Assembly: GCA_937899865.1 (NCBI GenBank)
Contig: CALBRH010000060.1
Span: forward strand, 1-64,000
Length of the DNA: 64,000 nt
Direction: 5' to 3'
Origin: an uncultured euryarchaeote
GTDB taxonomy: Archaea > Thermoplasmatota > Poseidoniia > Poseidoniales > Poseidoniaceae
The translations under genes and the position numbers were made by a program. This document shows positions 36,596-46,057 of the stretch, in pieces (positions within the stretch are counted from its first letter, which is position 1; each line of letters opens with the position of its first letter). Under the pieces are notes generated by a model, which had not been told where the DNA came from, searched no databases, and was given only the letters and a program-made list of their open reading frames with translations.

Positions 36596-38041
36596 TTATT
36601 CGAACAACTGGTCGAGTAACCAATCTGGATCGAATTGTTTCAAATCATCATAGCCTTGTCCGACCCCGGCAAAGACGATTGGTCGGCCTGTTGCAAAAGC
36701 GATAGAAAGCCCTGCTCCGCCTTTAGCGTCGGTGTCTAATTTGGTTAAAACGGCCCCGTCAAATTTCATTATTTCTTGGAACATTCTTGCTTGGTCAACC
36801 GCATCATTCCCAGCCAATGAGTCTCCGACAAACAGTGTAAGGTGGGGATTGGCTACTCTCCTGACTTTGTTCAATTCATTCATTAAATTGGTTTTGTTTT
36901 GCATTCTTCCCGCTGTATCAACAAGAACAACGTCGATTCCTTTTGCTTGAGCAGATTCTACAGCGTCTCTAGCAATAGCCGCTGTATCTCCGCCCCGTTG
37001 ACTAGAGATACATCTTATTCCAAGATTTTCACAGTGGGCTTCCAATTGTTGGATTGCTCCTGCCCTAAAAGTATCACCAGCAGCAGCAATAACTGAATGC
37101 CCATTATTTTGTAAACGCTTAGCGATTTTTGCTGCTGTTGTTGTTTTACCCGTACCATTGACTCCGACAAGCATGATTACTACAGGAGTGTCACCCGAAT
37201 CAATATATGACTGGACTGATGCATCAAAATCCCAATATCCTGCATTCAAAATACTGCTAAGTGACCTTTTCAACGCCGCTTCTACTACCTTTGATAAATC
37301 TGCTCCTTTACGTAGCCTCGAGCCAACTAAATTATCTCTAAGTGTATCGATAACTGTTGAAACTGCATCGCTTGAAATATCAGATTCTAACAAAACCCAC
37401 TCAAGTTCTTCAAGAAGATTATCGAGTGCAGAACTAGATTTAATCAATCTACCGCCCTGTTCAACAACTCCTCCTCCTAAATCAACCTCAATTATTGAGC
37501 CGGTTTCAGTTTCAATACTAGCAGATTTGACTGAACCTTTTGGTGCTTGAGCTACTTCGACCAATTTTCTACCTGTTGTAGTCCTCATCATAGATAGGTC
37601 TACTTTAGACCCCTGGGGTCTTGCTACTTCGGTAGCGCCGCGCTTTTTCATGGCCTTTGTATGGGCTTTCTTTGCCTTCTCTAGTTGTTTTTGTTCCTTC
37701 TGCAAACGCTTCTTTTCTTTGCGAGTAAGTTGTTGAGGCAAATAATAGTCATCGTCATCATCCAAGTCTTCCCAATCATCATCTGAATCTTGTGTGGATG
37801 GGTTCTCTTGGACTTCTTCTTCATCAAAAACTTCCCAATCATCATCGTCGGTTTGAATTTGATCTTCTTGGTTATCTGTTAGATTTTGGTCATCATTTTG
37901 TTGGATTTCTTCTTGCTCCTGAGTTTGAGCGGCAACTATCTCTTGGCCTTCTAAAGAGTCTTCTGTAACTGTTAATTCTTCAGTATTAACTTCATCTGCC
38001 ACTTCTTTTACTCGGCGCTTGAATCTATCGAATAATCCCAT
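36596..38041 (-). CDS. ftsY: Signal recognition particle receptor FtsY with an acidic N-terminal region
   Basis: GVNGTGKTTT, AGDTFRAGAIQQL, DTAGRMQ, TKLDTDAKGGAGLS, GVGQGYDDL. Confidence 0.96.
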   Translation of the reverse strand: MGLFDRFKRRVKEVADEVNTEELTVTEDSLEGQEIVAAQTQEQEEIQQNDDQNLTDNQEDQIQTDDDDWEVFDEEEVQENPSTQDSDDDWEDLDDDDDYYLPQQLTRKEKKRLQKEQKQLEKAKKAHTKAMKKRGATEVARPQGSKVDLSMMRTTTGRKLVEVAQAPKGSVKSASIETETGSIIEVDLGGGVVEQGGRLIKSSSALDNLLEELEWVLLESDISSDAVSTVIDTLRDNLVGSRLRKGADLSKVVEAALKRSLSSILNAGYWDFDASVQSYIDSGDTPVVIMLVGVNGTGKTTTAAKIAKRLQNNGHSVIAAAGDTFRAGAIQQLEAHCENLGIRCISSQRGGDTAAIARDAVESAQAKGIDVVLVDTAGRMQNKTNLMNELNKVRRVANPHLTLFVGDSLAGNDAVDQARMFQEIMKFDGAVLTKLDTDAKGGAGLSIAFATGRPIVFAGVGQGYDDLKQFDPDWLLDQLFE

Positions 38042-38050
38042 ATTGCGCCC

Positions 38051-38614
38051 TCAGTCATCCAAAGTAAGTTCATTACCAAACATCCCGCCTCTTCTACGGG
38101 TTTTGGTCTTGGTCTTTTCATTATCATTAGTATCAGGGGTTGAATCGGTGTCTAGTTGGGATTGTGGAGTTGTTGTTGCCTGAAGTTTCTCTGCTGCCTC
38201 ATTAAATTCTTGGGCAAGGGTCCCAAGTTTTTCCTCGATTGCCGCTGCTTGTTTGAGTAATGTTTCATGTAAGTCATTAAACTCGTCCCGCCTTGAAGAG
38301 AGTAATTGGATAACGTCGCTCCATTTTCTTTCACCGAAGATTCCTGCGCCTAAATCTACCACTGCTGTGCCTTCTCCTTCATCTTGGTGTTTAAAATTCA
38401 AAGTAACACCGGCACCGATTGAAACATGTGCCTTTGCATCTCCGGAGTCTGACATACTTACTAATCTGGAAAGTATTTCTTCGGTAATCTGATGTTCGTT
38501 AATCACGCCTATGATTTGATCCATACGTCGCTGGAGCTCTTCTAAGTGTTGTCTGTGACTCTCAACAAGCCTAGCCTTGTTTTGTAATTCACTGCGATCA
38601 ACCATAGTCTTCAA
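38051..38614 (-). CDS. pfdA: Prefoldin alpha subunit
   Basis: Coiled coil / beta-hairpin (VSIGAGV..VVDLGAGIFGE) / coiled coil; sits in the conserved position between rpl18a and ftsY. Confidence 0.8.
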   Translation of the reverse strand: MKTMVDRSELQNKARLVESHRQHLEELQRRMDQIIGVINEHQITEEILSRLVSMSDSGDAKAHVSIGAGVTLNFKHQDEGEGTAVVDLGAGIFGERKWSDVIQLLSSRRDEFNDLHETLLKQAAAIEEKLGTLAQEFNEAAEKLQATTTPQSQLDTDSTPDTNDNEKTKTKTRRRGGMFGNELTLDD

Positions 38615-38649
38615 CCCTTAGACGGAGTGGGATTAGAAAAAGGCGTCGG

Positions 38650-38922
38650 CTACTCTTCTTCATTAACTGGTGCGATTGGGCCACCGGCTAATTCAATTTC
38701 CTCTCTAAATGTATGGAGGATTCTTGGTTCTGTTGAAGTACGCGGGTCTATTTCTTCCACGGTATCAATTTGAATAGCGCGTCGCTTGGCTTTATGTCTC
38801 GAGCCAAGTATTGAGTAAGCTATGTGCTCAGCATCGTCCTTAGATTCTGCTGGAAGGTCAAGACTGAACTTGTTTCTAACACTACCAAATGGTGCTATTC
38901 CGGATACTCGATATGCCTTCAT
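38650..38922 (-). CDS. rpl18a: 50S ribosomal protein L18Ae/LX
   Basis: MKAYRVSG..F..AESKDDAEHIAYSILGSRHKAKRRAIQIDTVEEI. Confidence 0.85.
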   Translation of the reverse strand: MKAYRVSGIAPFGSVRNKFSLDLPAESKDDAEHIAYSILGSRHKAKRRAIQIDTVEEIDPRTSTEPRILHTFREEIELAGGPIAPVNEEE

Positions 38923-39015
38923 CGAGTCGCCGACTTACATGGTTGGTTTAAACTTCCCGTCGCGACAAAATGGTTGTTTTCTTGCGAGAGATTGACTAAT
39001 ATTGAGGTTTTGAGC

Positions 39016-42000
39016 ATGTTCATGCGGGGGGTTGTTTTGTGTATTTTGATGGCGCTTGCACCTTTTGCTAGTGCTATTTCCTTGCCGCCAGAAGTCATTG
39101 AAGAGATTGATGATGGGAAATGGTCCGAGGTTGTGATTATATCGCATTCTGAAGCATGGGATTTAGCAATGTGGAATGATGTCAAAAATGCTGGAGGCCA
39201 CCCTATTAGAACGCTCAATAGCCATGAGTTGTTAGTTTGGCAAAAATCTGATTTGAATCTTGACTCACTATTCTCTACAGTTCAATCCAAAGACGCTGAA
39301 TGGAAGTCGGATGTTAAATTCAATCGTGGCGATTATGAAGAAATCAAAATTTTATTCGAACCAAGATTGCCGGTTGAAGCATATTCTCAAATTCAAAATG
39401 ATTTGAGTTTGGTTGGAATTAATGCCCCTGAATTATCTTCATTGCCGTACTCTGTAATGCCGCACAAAATTATCGTAGACTTGTCTGATTCGATTCACTT
39501 TGATGCAATCAGTAAAATTCCTGGCATTTTGTGGATTGAGCCAGTCTTATCTGCTGAAGGACGTAATTTAGTCGCATCAGCATATCTTAGCGATGGTGAT
39601 GTTACAACACAACCTCATTGGGATTTTGGATTGAATGGTGAAGGTGTGGTTTTGGGTATTGCTGATAGTGGGCTTGATGTTGATCACTCTTGTTTTAGGA
39701 ATGGGAGTGATTCAATCGGCGAGTTTGGTAGCACTCATAGGAAGGTTTTGATTAGTAACATAAGTCTTGATGACGGGGATAACCCTGGAGAAACTGACTA
39801 TCGTCACGGAACTCATGTTGCCGGTTCGCTTGTCTGCCATGATGTTTACAATTTCCTAAATGATGAAGAGCCGATAAATGGAACCACTATGTCATATGGT
39901 GCGCAATTGGTTTTCCAAGACATTGTTTCAAATGAAGGTTGGATTCCACCAGAAAATATTACTGAATTATTATTGGAAAATACGCTATCGGGAGGGGTTA
40001 TTCACTCAAACTCATGGGGCGATGATACCACTGCTTACACCGATAGAACCGCTGATTTTGACTTGTGGGCAATTGAAGTTCCTTGGTCTCTAGCCTTTAT
40101 TGCCCCTGGTAATACTGGTGGACAATTATTAGAGCCATCAAATGGGCGCAATGTCGTTGCAATTGGCGCTTCAACAAAGTCTGCAACGCCTGAGATGTGG
40201 CAATCGTCATCAGTTGGCCCAACTGAACTTGGAACGTTTGGTATTTTTGCGGTAGCGCCTGGGGTTTCAATTAATTCGGCTAAAGCTGATGGTTTTGATG
40301 ATTCTATGAATAATGCACTAAGGTCTTCCAGCGGCACCAGTATGGCCACTCCTATTGCTGCTTCATTCAGTGGGATTGTACAACAAATGGTCGAGCAAGG
40401 TTGGATTTTAAGTTCTAACGAAGAGACTACAGAACACAATCTATCAGATATCAAACCTTCTTGGTCTTCTTTGCCAAATGAAACGATAAGTCTAGGAGAG
40501 GGATTTACTCCTTCAGGGCTTTTACTAAAATCACTACTTGTTTTAGCAACTCAAGATATTGTTGAAAACGAGCAGTATTTCTTGAGAAATAATGACTCTG
40601 GTTGGGGAGTGTTAGACCTATCTAAATTGATTGATTTTGAAGACTTAGAAGCGTCTCTTGGGGAAGAAAATCTTACCCCAACCACAAACATTTGGATTCA
40701 TGACAGTTACCGAAACTCGTTCGATGTAACAGAATGGTTAATGCAGCGATTTAATTCCAGTAATACATCAAATATTGAAGATAGTGTTTGGAATGGTGTT
40801 GGTGCTGAAGGACCATTTTTACAGTCTGGAGAAAGTTGGACAAAACGCCTAGTGCCAAATCAAAATGAAGACTTGGAAATCGTAATGTCTTTTCCAGCCA
40901 AACCAGAACCGTTTATTGTCGATGATCTAAGACTAGTTGTAACATTATCTAATGGATATATTGCAACTGGACAGGTTTACGATCCTGATGGATACTCATC
41001 GCTATTTAGCAATGAAAGTTTCAACGTTACTCAAATTCAGAAATCCAACGAAACAAGTGTTGCTGTGAAAATCTCAATGCTTGATTTAACAGATGTTGAA
41101 TGGATTGATATTGAAATTCAAGCCAACTATATTTCTCCTGGAAATAGCCCGGGGGGTGTTGGTGTAGATGGTGACCGTACGGGATTTGCATTGGCTGCAA
41201 AGGGTGTAATTAGAGATTCCATTAATTGGGAGGATTCGGATGGAGATGGGTTGCCAAATGCTGTTGATTTGTGTCCAAATCAAAATCCACAATCATATGA
41301 TTCAAACATGGATGGTTGCCCAGATGATAGTGATGATGATGGTGTTATCGATCAATATGACTTATGTCCAAGCATCAATGCTCAGGGGTTTGATAATGAT
41401 TTGAACGGTTGTATAGATGATTCGGATAATGATGGAGTTGGGGATGATATAGATGTGTGTGTAACAGAAATTATCGACATAAATTATCCTGTTGACCTTC
41501 AAGGATGTCGGCCGGTAGATTCGCCTATAATGATTGCAGAAACGGAAATTATTGGTTTGGAAAATAGTATCTGGGCTTCCACTTTAGAAGTTCGTTGGGA
41601 GATTAATGATGCAGATTTCGACCCCTATCTTACCGGTTCAAGAATAATGATTAATCAAAGTGATAATAATTCATTCTTCCCTATTGTAACATGTACAGCT
41701 GAAGATATCGAAATAATCGATAATACTCATATTTGTATTTGGAATGCAGTAGAAGATTTGCCAATATTTGATGTTACAGGCTATGGAATGCATGTACAAT
41801 TTTTTGCTCAAAGCCTAAACGCTTCACCAGAGAGTAATAATGAAATTATTTATCTTGATTCGGAATTATATTTCTCTTCAAATCGTGGAATAAATATGGA
41901 AATTATTCAAGATAAGGATAGCCATGGTTCTGCGAGTGTAATTCGTTCAATTGGCTGGGGAATAATTACTATTTTTTCTATCGCACTTATTTGTCGGAAA

Positions 42001-42090
42001 TTATGGTCTGTAATTCAAGAAGATGGGGGAGAAATTAAAAATAAACGATTTTTTACTGCGAACCCTTTTGTTGATGTTGAAAACGAATGA
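39016..42090 (+). CDS. Secreted S8 subtilisin-like serine peptidase with thrombospondin-type-3-like repeats and a C-terminal TM
   Basis: Catalytic GIADSGLD, HGTHVAG, GTSMATP; DSDGDGLPNAVDLCP / DSDDDGVIDQYDLCP / DSDNDGVGDDIDVC. ATG 39016 preferred because the track start 38824 overlaps rpl18a. Confidence 0.88.
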   Translation: MFMRGVVLCILMALAPFASAISLPPEVIEEIDDGKWSEVVIISHSEAWDLAMWNDVKNAGGHPIRTLNSHELLVWQKSDLNLDSLFSTVQSKDAEWKSDVKFNRGDYEEIKILFEPRLPVEAYSQIQNDLSLVGINAPELSSLPYSVMPHKIIVDLSDSIHFDAISKIPGILWIEPVLSAEGRNLVASAYLSDGDVTTQPHWDFGLNGEGVVLGIADSGLDVDHSCFRNGSDSIGEFGSTHRKVLISNISLDDGDNPGETDYRHGTHVAGSLVCHDVYNFLNDEEPINGTTMSYGAQLVFQDIVSNEGWIPPENITELLLENTLSGGVIHSNSWGDDTTAYTDRTADFDLWAIEVPWSLAFIAPGNTGGQLLEPSNGRNVVAIGASTKSATPEMWQSSSVGPTELGTFGIFAVAPGVSINSAKADGFDDSMNNALRSSSGTSMATPIAASFSGIVQQMVEQGWILSSNEETTEHNLSDIKPSWSSLPNETISLGEGFTPSGLLLKSLLVLATQDIVENEQYFLRNNDSGWGVLDLSKLIDFEDLEASLGEENLTPTTNIWIHDSYRNSFDVTEWLMQRFNSSNTSNIEDSVWNGVGAEGPFLQSGESWTKRLVPNQNEDLEIVMSFPAKPEPFIVDDLRLVVTLSNGYIATGQVYDPDGYSSLFSNESFNVTQIQKSNETSVAVKISMLDLTDVEWIDIEIQANYISPGNSPGGVGVDGDRTGFALAAKGVIRDSINWEDSDGDGLPNAVDLCPNQNPQSYDSNMDGCPDDSDDDGVIDQYDLCPSINAQGFDNDLNGCIDDSDNDGVGDDIDVCVTEIIDINYPVDLQGCRPVDSPIMIAETEIIGLENSIWASTLEVRWEINDADFDPYLTGSRIMINQSDNNSFFPIVTCTAEDIEIIDNTHICIWNAVEDLPIFDVTGYGMHVQFFAQSLNASPESNNEIIYLDSELYFSSNRGINMEIIQDKDSHGSASVIRSIGWGIITIFSIALICRKLWSVIQEDGGEIKNKRFFTANPFVDVENE

Positions 42091-42202
42091 CTGAAGGCGT
42101 TTTTTGGCTAATTTAGCAGGTTTTTAGCCGAGTCATGACAAGGTGAACCTTGAAGTTCAATGTCGTTTTGGCTTAGATATCCCCAAGCGGATGGTGAATG
42201 AA

Positions 42203-43207
42203 ATGAGTGACCGCCTTTATGTTGGAATTGACCTAGGAACATACCAATCTACTATCTCTTCAAGTGCTGGTGCAAGCCACACAATTGAGACTATTGTAGG
42301 TAGACCGAAAGACCCAGTAGCAAGAAACTTTCTTGGACGTGATGTGCTATTTGGCAATGATGCTTTGAAAAATAAATTAGCATGTAATTTATATCGCCCA
42401 ATGGCTGCTGGAGTTGCTCAAGATGATGAAGCAAATCTAGCTGCTGCTAAGGCTTTTGTTTCACATCTTCTCGAAACTGTTGACCCTGAAGAATTTGACG
42501 AAGTGTTTGGTGTGATTTGTTCCCCAAGTCACGTTTCATTTACTGACAAGTCCAATCTCGTTGCTACCTTGAGAGGTCAAGTTAATGCAATTATGGTCGT
42601 TACAGAACCTTTTGCAACCGCTTATGGAATTGAAGAAATCGCTGGGTCAATTGTTGTTGATATCGGCGCAGGTACAACTGATATCGCCCGTATTCACGGA
42701 ACTTTCCCGTCTGATGAAGATCAAGTCACCATTCAAGAAGCAGGTGATTGGTTGGACTTGGCATTGATGGAATTAGTCCAGAAGAAGTATACCGGTGCTC
42801 AAGTTACCAAAGATATGGTTCGCCGATGGAAAGAAGCTTCCTCATATGTTGGTAAAGATGTCAAAGAAGTAATGGTTGAGTTATCTGTTGAAGGTAAAAA
42901 GCAAGTTGTTGATATCGGCGATCTAATCGTTGAGGCTTGTGAATCAATTGTACCTCTTGTTGCAGCTGCTATCAAAAAGATCGTTGCAACTGCTGACCCT
43001 GAATATCAACCAGTACTTAGAAACAACATCATCCTATCTGGTGGCGGCTCATTGATTGATGGTATTGCAGCAAGAATGGCCGAAGAAATCTCAGATATTG
43101 GTGATGTCAATGTATGGTGTGTTGAAGATGCAATAAACAGTGTAGCAAATGGTGCACTAAAACTTGCTAGTGAAATGCCAGACGACATGTACACTGCAAT
43201 TAACTAA
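42203..43207 (+). CDS. MamK/Salactin-like actin-family ATPase
   Basis: VGIDLGT; IVGRPKD; VVTEPFATAYG; IVVDIGAGTTD; EDQVTIQEAGD; PEYQ..LRNNIILSGGGS; NGALKLA; ATG 42203 follows GGTGA. Confidence 0.85.
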   Translation: MSDRLYVGIDLGTYQSTISSSAGASHTIETIVGRPKDPVARNFLGRDVLFGNDALKNKLACNLYRPMAAGVAQDDEANLAAAKAFVSHLLETVDPEEFDEVFGVICSPSHVSFTDKSNLVATLRGQVNAIMVVTEPFATAYGIEEIAGSIVVDIGAGTTDIARIHGTFPSDEDQVTIQEAGDWLDLALMELVQKKYTGAQVTKDMVRRWKEASSYVGKDVKEVMVELSVEGKKQVVDIGDLIVEACESIVPLVAAAIKKIVATADPEYQPVLRNNIILSGGGSLIDGIAARMAEEISDIGDVNVWCVEDAINSVANGALKLASEMPDDMYTAIN

Positions 43208-43224
43208 AGTAAGTTATGACTTTT

Positions 43225-43254
43225 TCAATAAGGTCGAAAATATGGCCTTATTGA
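43225..43254. terminator. Hairpin between the actin-like and coiled-coil genes
   Basis: TCAATAAGGTC-GAAAATAT-GGCCTTATTGA: 11-bp stem with one G-T pair. Confidence 0.45.
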
Positions 43255-43305
43255 CCTAATATTATTGGGAAAGTTCAAGAGTGGTTGATTACCGATAGGC
43301 GTCGT

Positions 43306-44571
43306 ATGACAGTCGGCTCCTCGTCGCCCAGCGGAATAAAACGTGTTGGTGACACCTCTTCTGAAGAACGAGCAGCATTGGAAGGAATGCTACAAGGATA
43401 CCCTGTTGAACAACTTGTTGAAGAGGTATTGATCGCTTGGGATGAGTTGGCAAAAAGAAATGATGAAATGGTATCTGTTAAGCAACGATTGCGAGTTTTG
43501 GAACTTGACCTTGCTGAAAGAGAAGACATGGTAGCGCCTGAAATCGCTCGAATGAATGATTTAGAGGCGGAATTAGAAGAACGTCGTAGCCAAATGGCCC
43601 ATCTTGAAAGATTGTTATCAGATGCTAGACAAGATTTAGCCGCACAACAAGCCTCACTATCCAGTGAAGAAAAAACTCGGTTAGAAGATGAAGTTGAAGC
43701 GTTGAAGGGACTTACCTCTGAACAAGATGAGATAATAGGTGAAATGGAAGGTCGCGTTTCTCAAATGGTTGAAGCATTAGAAAGAGCTGCTGATGCTGGA
43801 TTAACATCAGTAACTGCTGATGAAGTTAGAAGTCTTAAATCTCAAGTTGACAATATGACAAAGCAGTATGAAGTGGAAGCTTCTGCTAACAAAGCATTAG
43901 AAGAAGAACGTCAAAGACTACGTGATATTGCTGATAGATTGCGTGGATTATTGGATGCTAGAGATAATCGTCTAACAGAACTTGAAGAACAATTAGAGCG
44001 GGTAATGCAAGGACCTCGTTCTGTTTCTGCTGAACATGACTACCTTGTTGAGCAAATTGAAGAATTAAAGCGTCGATTGTTAGAGAGAAATAGAGAATAT
44101 GAATCTCTAAGAAGGAGAGAAAGGCGTCTTCATAGTGATGTCTTTGAAAGAGATGAAAGAGTTCAACAAATGTCACTAACAATGAGTGATTTAGAGTCGG
44201 CTTTACAAGATAGAACTGCTGAATTGAGGGAGTTAGAAAGTATTAGAGAAACCATGTCTAATGAATTAGATTCAGTTAGAAGAGGAGAGCGTACAAGAGA
44301 AGTTGTCGGACGTGTCTTTGCTGATTCACTCTCTTTGGTGAGGGGGCATGATGAGCGAGAAATAAAGCGAGAAGCTTATGCTAACTCGCCAGATGTTGAA
44401 AGAAAGTTGTCCACGCCAGATTTGGAAGATATGGCAAACCTTGCAGAAGGTGGACGAGTAGACCTTGATGTTGAAGAAACTGTAATTGAGCCTGGTATGG
44501 ATGTAGACACTAATCGTCCTGCAGCCCCTGGAGGAAGTGGCGACCCCGTTATCTTCGAAGATGAAGATTAA
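43306..44571 (+). CDS. Long coiled-coil protein with an acidic C-terminal tail
   Basis: About 300 aa of E/R/L-rich heptads; no TM and no recognisable ATPase motif; ends GDPVIFEDED. Confidence 0.8.
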   Translation: MTVGSSSPSGIKRVGDTSSEERAALEGMLQGYPVEQLVEEVLIAWDELAKRNDEMVSVKQRLRVLELDLAEREDMVAPEIARMNDLEAELEERRSQMAHLERLLSDARQDLAAQQASLSSEEKTRLEDEVEALKGLTSEQDEIIGEMEGRVSQMVEALERAADAGLTSVTADEVRSLKSQVDNMTKQYEVEASANKALEEERQRLRDIADRLRGLLDARDNRLTELEEQLERVMQGPRSVSAEHDYLVEQIEELKRRLLERNREYESLRRRERRLHSDVFERDERVQQMSLTMSDLESALQDRTAELRELESIRETMSNELDSVRRGERTREVVGRVFADSLSLVRGHDEREIKREAYANSPDVERKLSTPDLEDMANLAEGGRVDLDVEETVIEPGMDVDTNRPAAPGGSGDPVIFEDED

Positions 44572-45110
44572 TTGCCTTTTGAAAATGCTATCAGTTCATC
44601 AATCGATAGGTGATCAACCGTATCTTTACAGTAATGTGCTTTGACAACCTTGCCTTGTTCGTCAATCAAAATGTCTACAGGAATAATTGATAATTTAGAT
44701 AGCGACATTGTTAGAGGAAAGTAGCCTTTCAAAGTTGCTTGCATGAAAGTAATTGGAGACCTCATGGCGCCCCACAAGAATTTTCCGAATGACTTGACCA
44801 CAGAGTTTCTTTCAAAATGCTCGTATGATTCATCTGCTACGATCATGAATGGTGCGTTGTGTTTTTTCATGCGTTTGGTTAATTCTCCTATTTTTGCATC
44901 AAACACTCCGACCATTACAGTATCTTTAGAAAACTCATTCCATCGCTTAACTATTCTATTTATTCTAATGTTACAAAACGGGCATGTAGAGAATCTAAAA
45001 AACGTTAAGATTACTCTTTTTCCGAGATAATCACTCATGTTGAAGGTTGTTCCATCGGTGGCTGGTAATGATATGTTAGGGGCTTCCGCACCGTTTACTA
45101 GTTTAGTCAT
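44568..45110 (-). CDS. AhpC/TSA-family redoxin (peroxiredoxin-like)
   Basis: APNISLPATDG..ILTFFRFSTCPFCN..ILIDEQGKV. Confidence 0.8.
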   Translation of the reverse strand: MTKLVNGAEAPNISLPATDGTTFNMSDYLGKRVILTFFRFSTCPFCNIRINRIVKRWNEFSKDTVMVGVFDAKIGELTKRMKKHNAPFMIVADESYEHFERNSVVKSFGKFLWGAMRSPITFMQATLKGYFPLTMSLSKLSIIPVDILIDEQGKVVKAHYCKDTVDHLSIDELIAFSKGN

Positions 45111-45140
45111 AGTAGAGCCAAATTAGTTGGTGTTTTGAAA

Positions 45141-45953
45141 TTAATTATTCAATGCTGTACAAATGCTAGAAATTTTCTGGGCTAAATCTGTCAAATCGGT
45201 TGCGTCCTCAGTAAGTGTGCCAGTTACAATCCAATCTGCCCCAGCATCTGCAGCAGTTTTAGCTTGTTCTGACGTCCTTATTCCTCCACCAACAACAATT
45301 GTAAGTCCTTCCGTGGTGCTTGCTGATTCGATTAATTGTGGATTTACTTGTTTGTCTGCGCCGCTGCCCGCCTCAAGGTAAAACAATTTGAAACCATACA
45401 TGGCAGCCGTTAACGAGTAGGCTTTTACCAAATCAATATCATCTGGCATTATCAAATCAGCACTGCCAACTTCTCCAACCTTACCGCCTGGGTGGCAAAC
45501 CACATAACCAGTAGGTAAGGCATCTACGCCAAATTTGTCTATGTATGGTGCACCCCTAACTTGTTCACCAACTAAGAATCTGCGATCGGTTGAATTCATC
45601 AACATCATGAAAGTAATCGCATCTGCAGCTGGTGAAAGTGCGTGAGAGCCCCCAGGAAACAAGACGACTGGCACTTTCCATTTTTCTTCATCACCGTCTG
45701 GCGATTGGCTAGCAGCAAAGGCTCGTAACTCGAGACCTTCTTGTATTGCAACACAAGTAGCGTGAACTATTTCATCTGGAGTATCTGTCGAGCCCCCGAC
45801 AAAAATCATTGCTGAGCCTGATTCTATGGCAACGCAGGCTCTATCAGCGGCAACTTGAGGTGATTGTTTATCTGGATCAATTAAGGTAACATGTCTTGTT
45901 GCACCCTTGGTATTAGTGACATAAGATAGGATTGATTCCTCGTCTCGACGCAT
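45141..45953 (-). CDS. Geranylgeranylglyceryl phosphate synthase
   Basis: TLIDPDK, FVGGST, VVLFPG, LPTGY, FYLEAGSG, VGGGIR, IVTGT. Confidence 0.9.
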   Translation of the reverse strand: MRRDEESILSYVTNTKGATRHVTLIDPDKQSPQVAADRACVAIESGSAMIFVGGSTDTPDEIVHATCVAIQEGLELRAFAASQSPDGDEEKWKVPVVLFPGGSHALSPAADAITFMMLMNSTDRRFLVGEQVRGAPYIDKFGVDALPTGYVVCHPGGKVGEVGSADLIMPDDIDLVKAYSLTAAMYGFKLFYLEAGSGADKQVNPQLIESASTTEGLTIVVGGGIRTSEQAKTAADAGADWIVTGTLTEDATDLTDLAQKISSICTALNN

Positions 45954-46057
45954 GCCAATCAATCACTGCTTCAACCTACATCGCATATTAGTTGCGGAGA
46001 TTAAATTGGCTAATGGCCTAATCACATAGTTATCAATGACTACCGTTTGGACTAACC

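Noticed and set aside
38824-39015. N-terminal extension of the S8 ORF overlapping rpl18a
   Set aside because: The signal-peptide-like sequence starts at ATG 39016/39022; the extension is open frame by chance.
42203-44571. Magnetosome gene cluster
   Set aside because: Only the MamK-like actin is present; no mamA, B, E, I, M, O, P, Q or feo genes are in the window.
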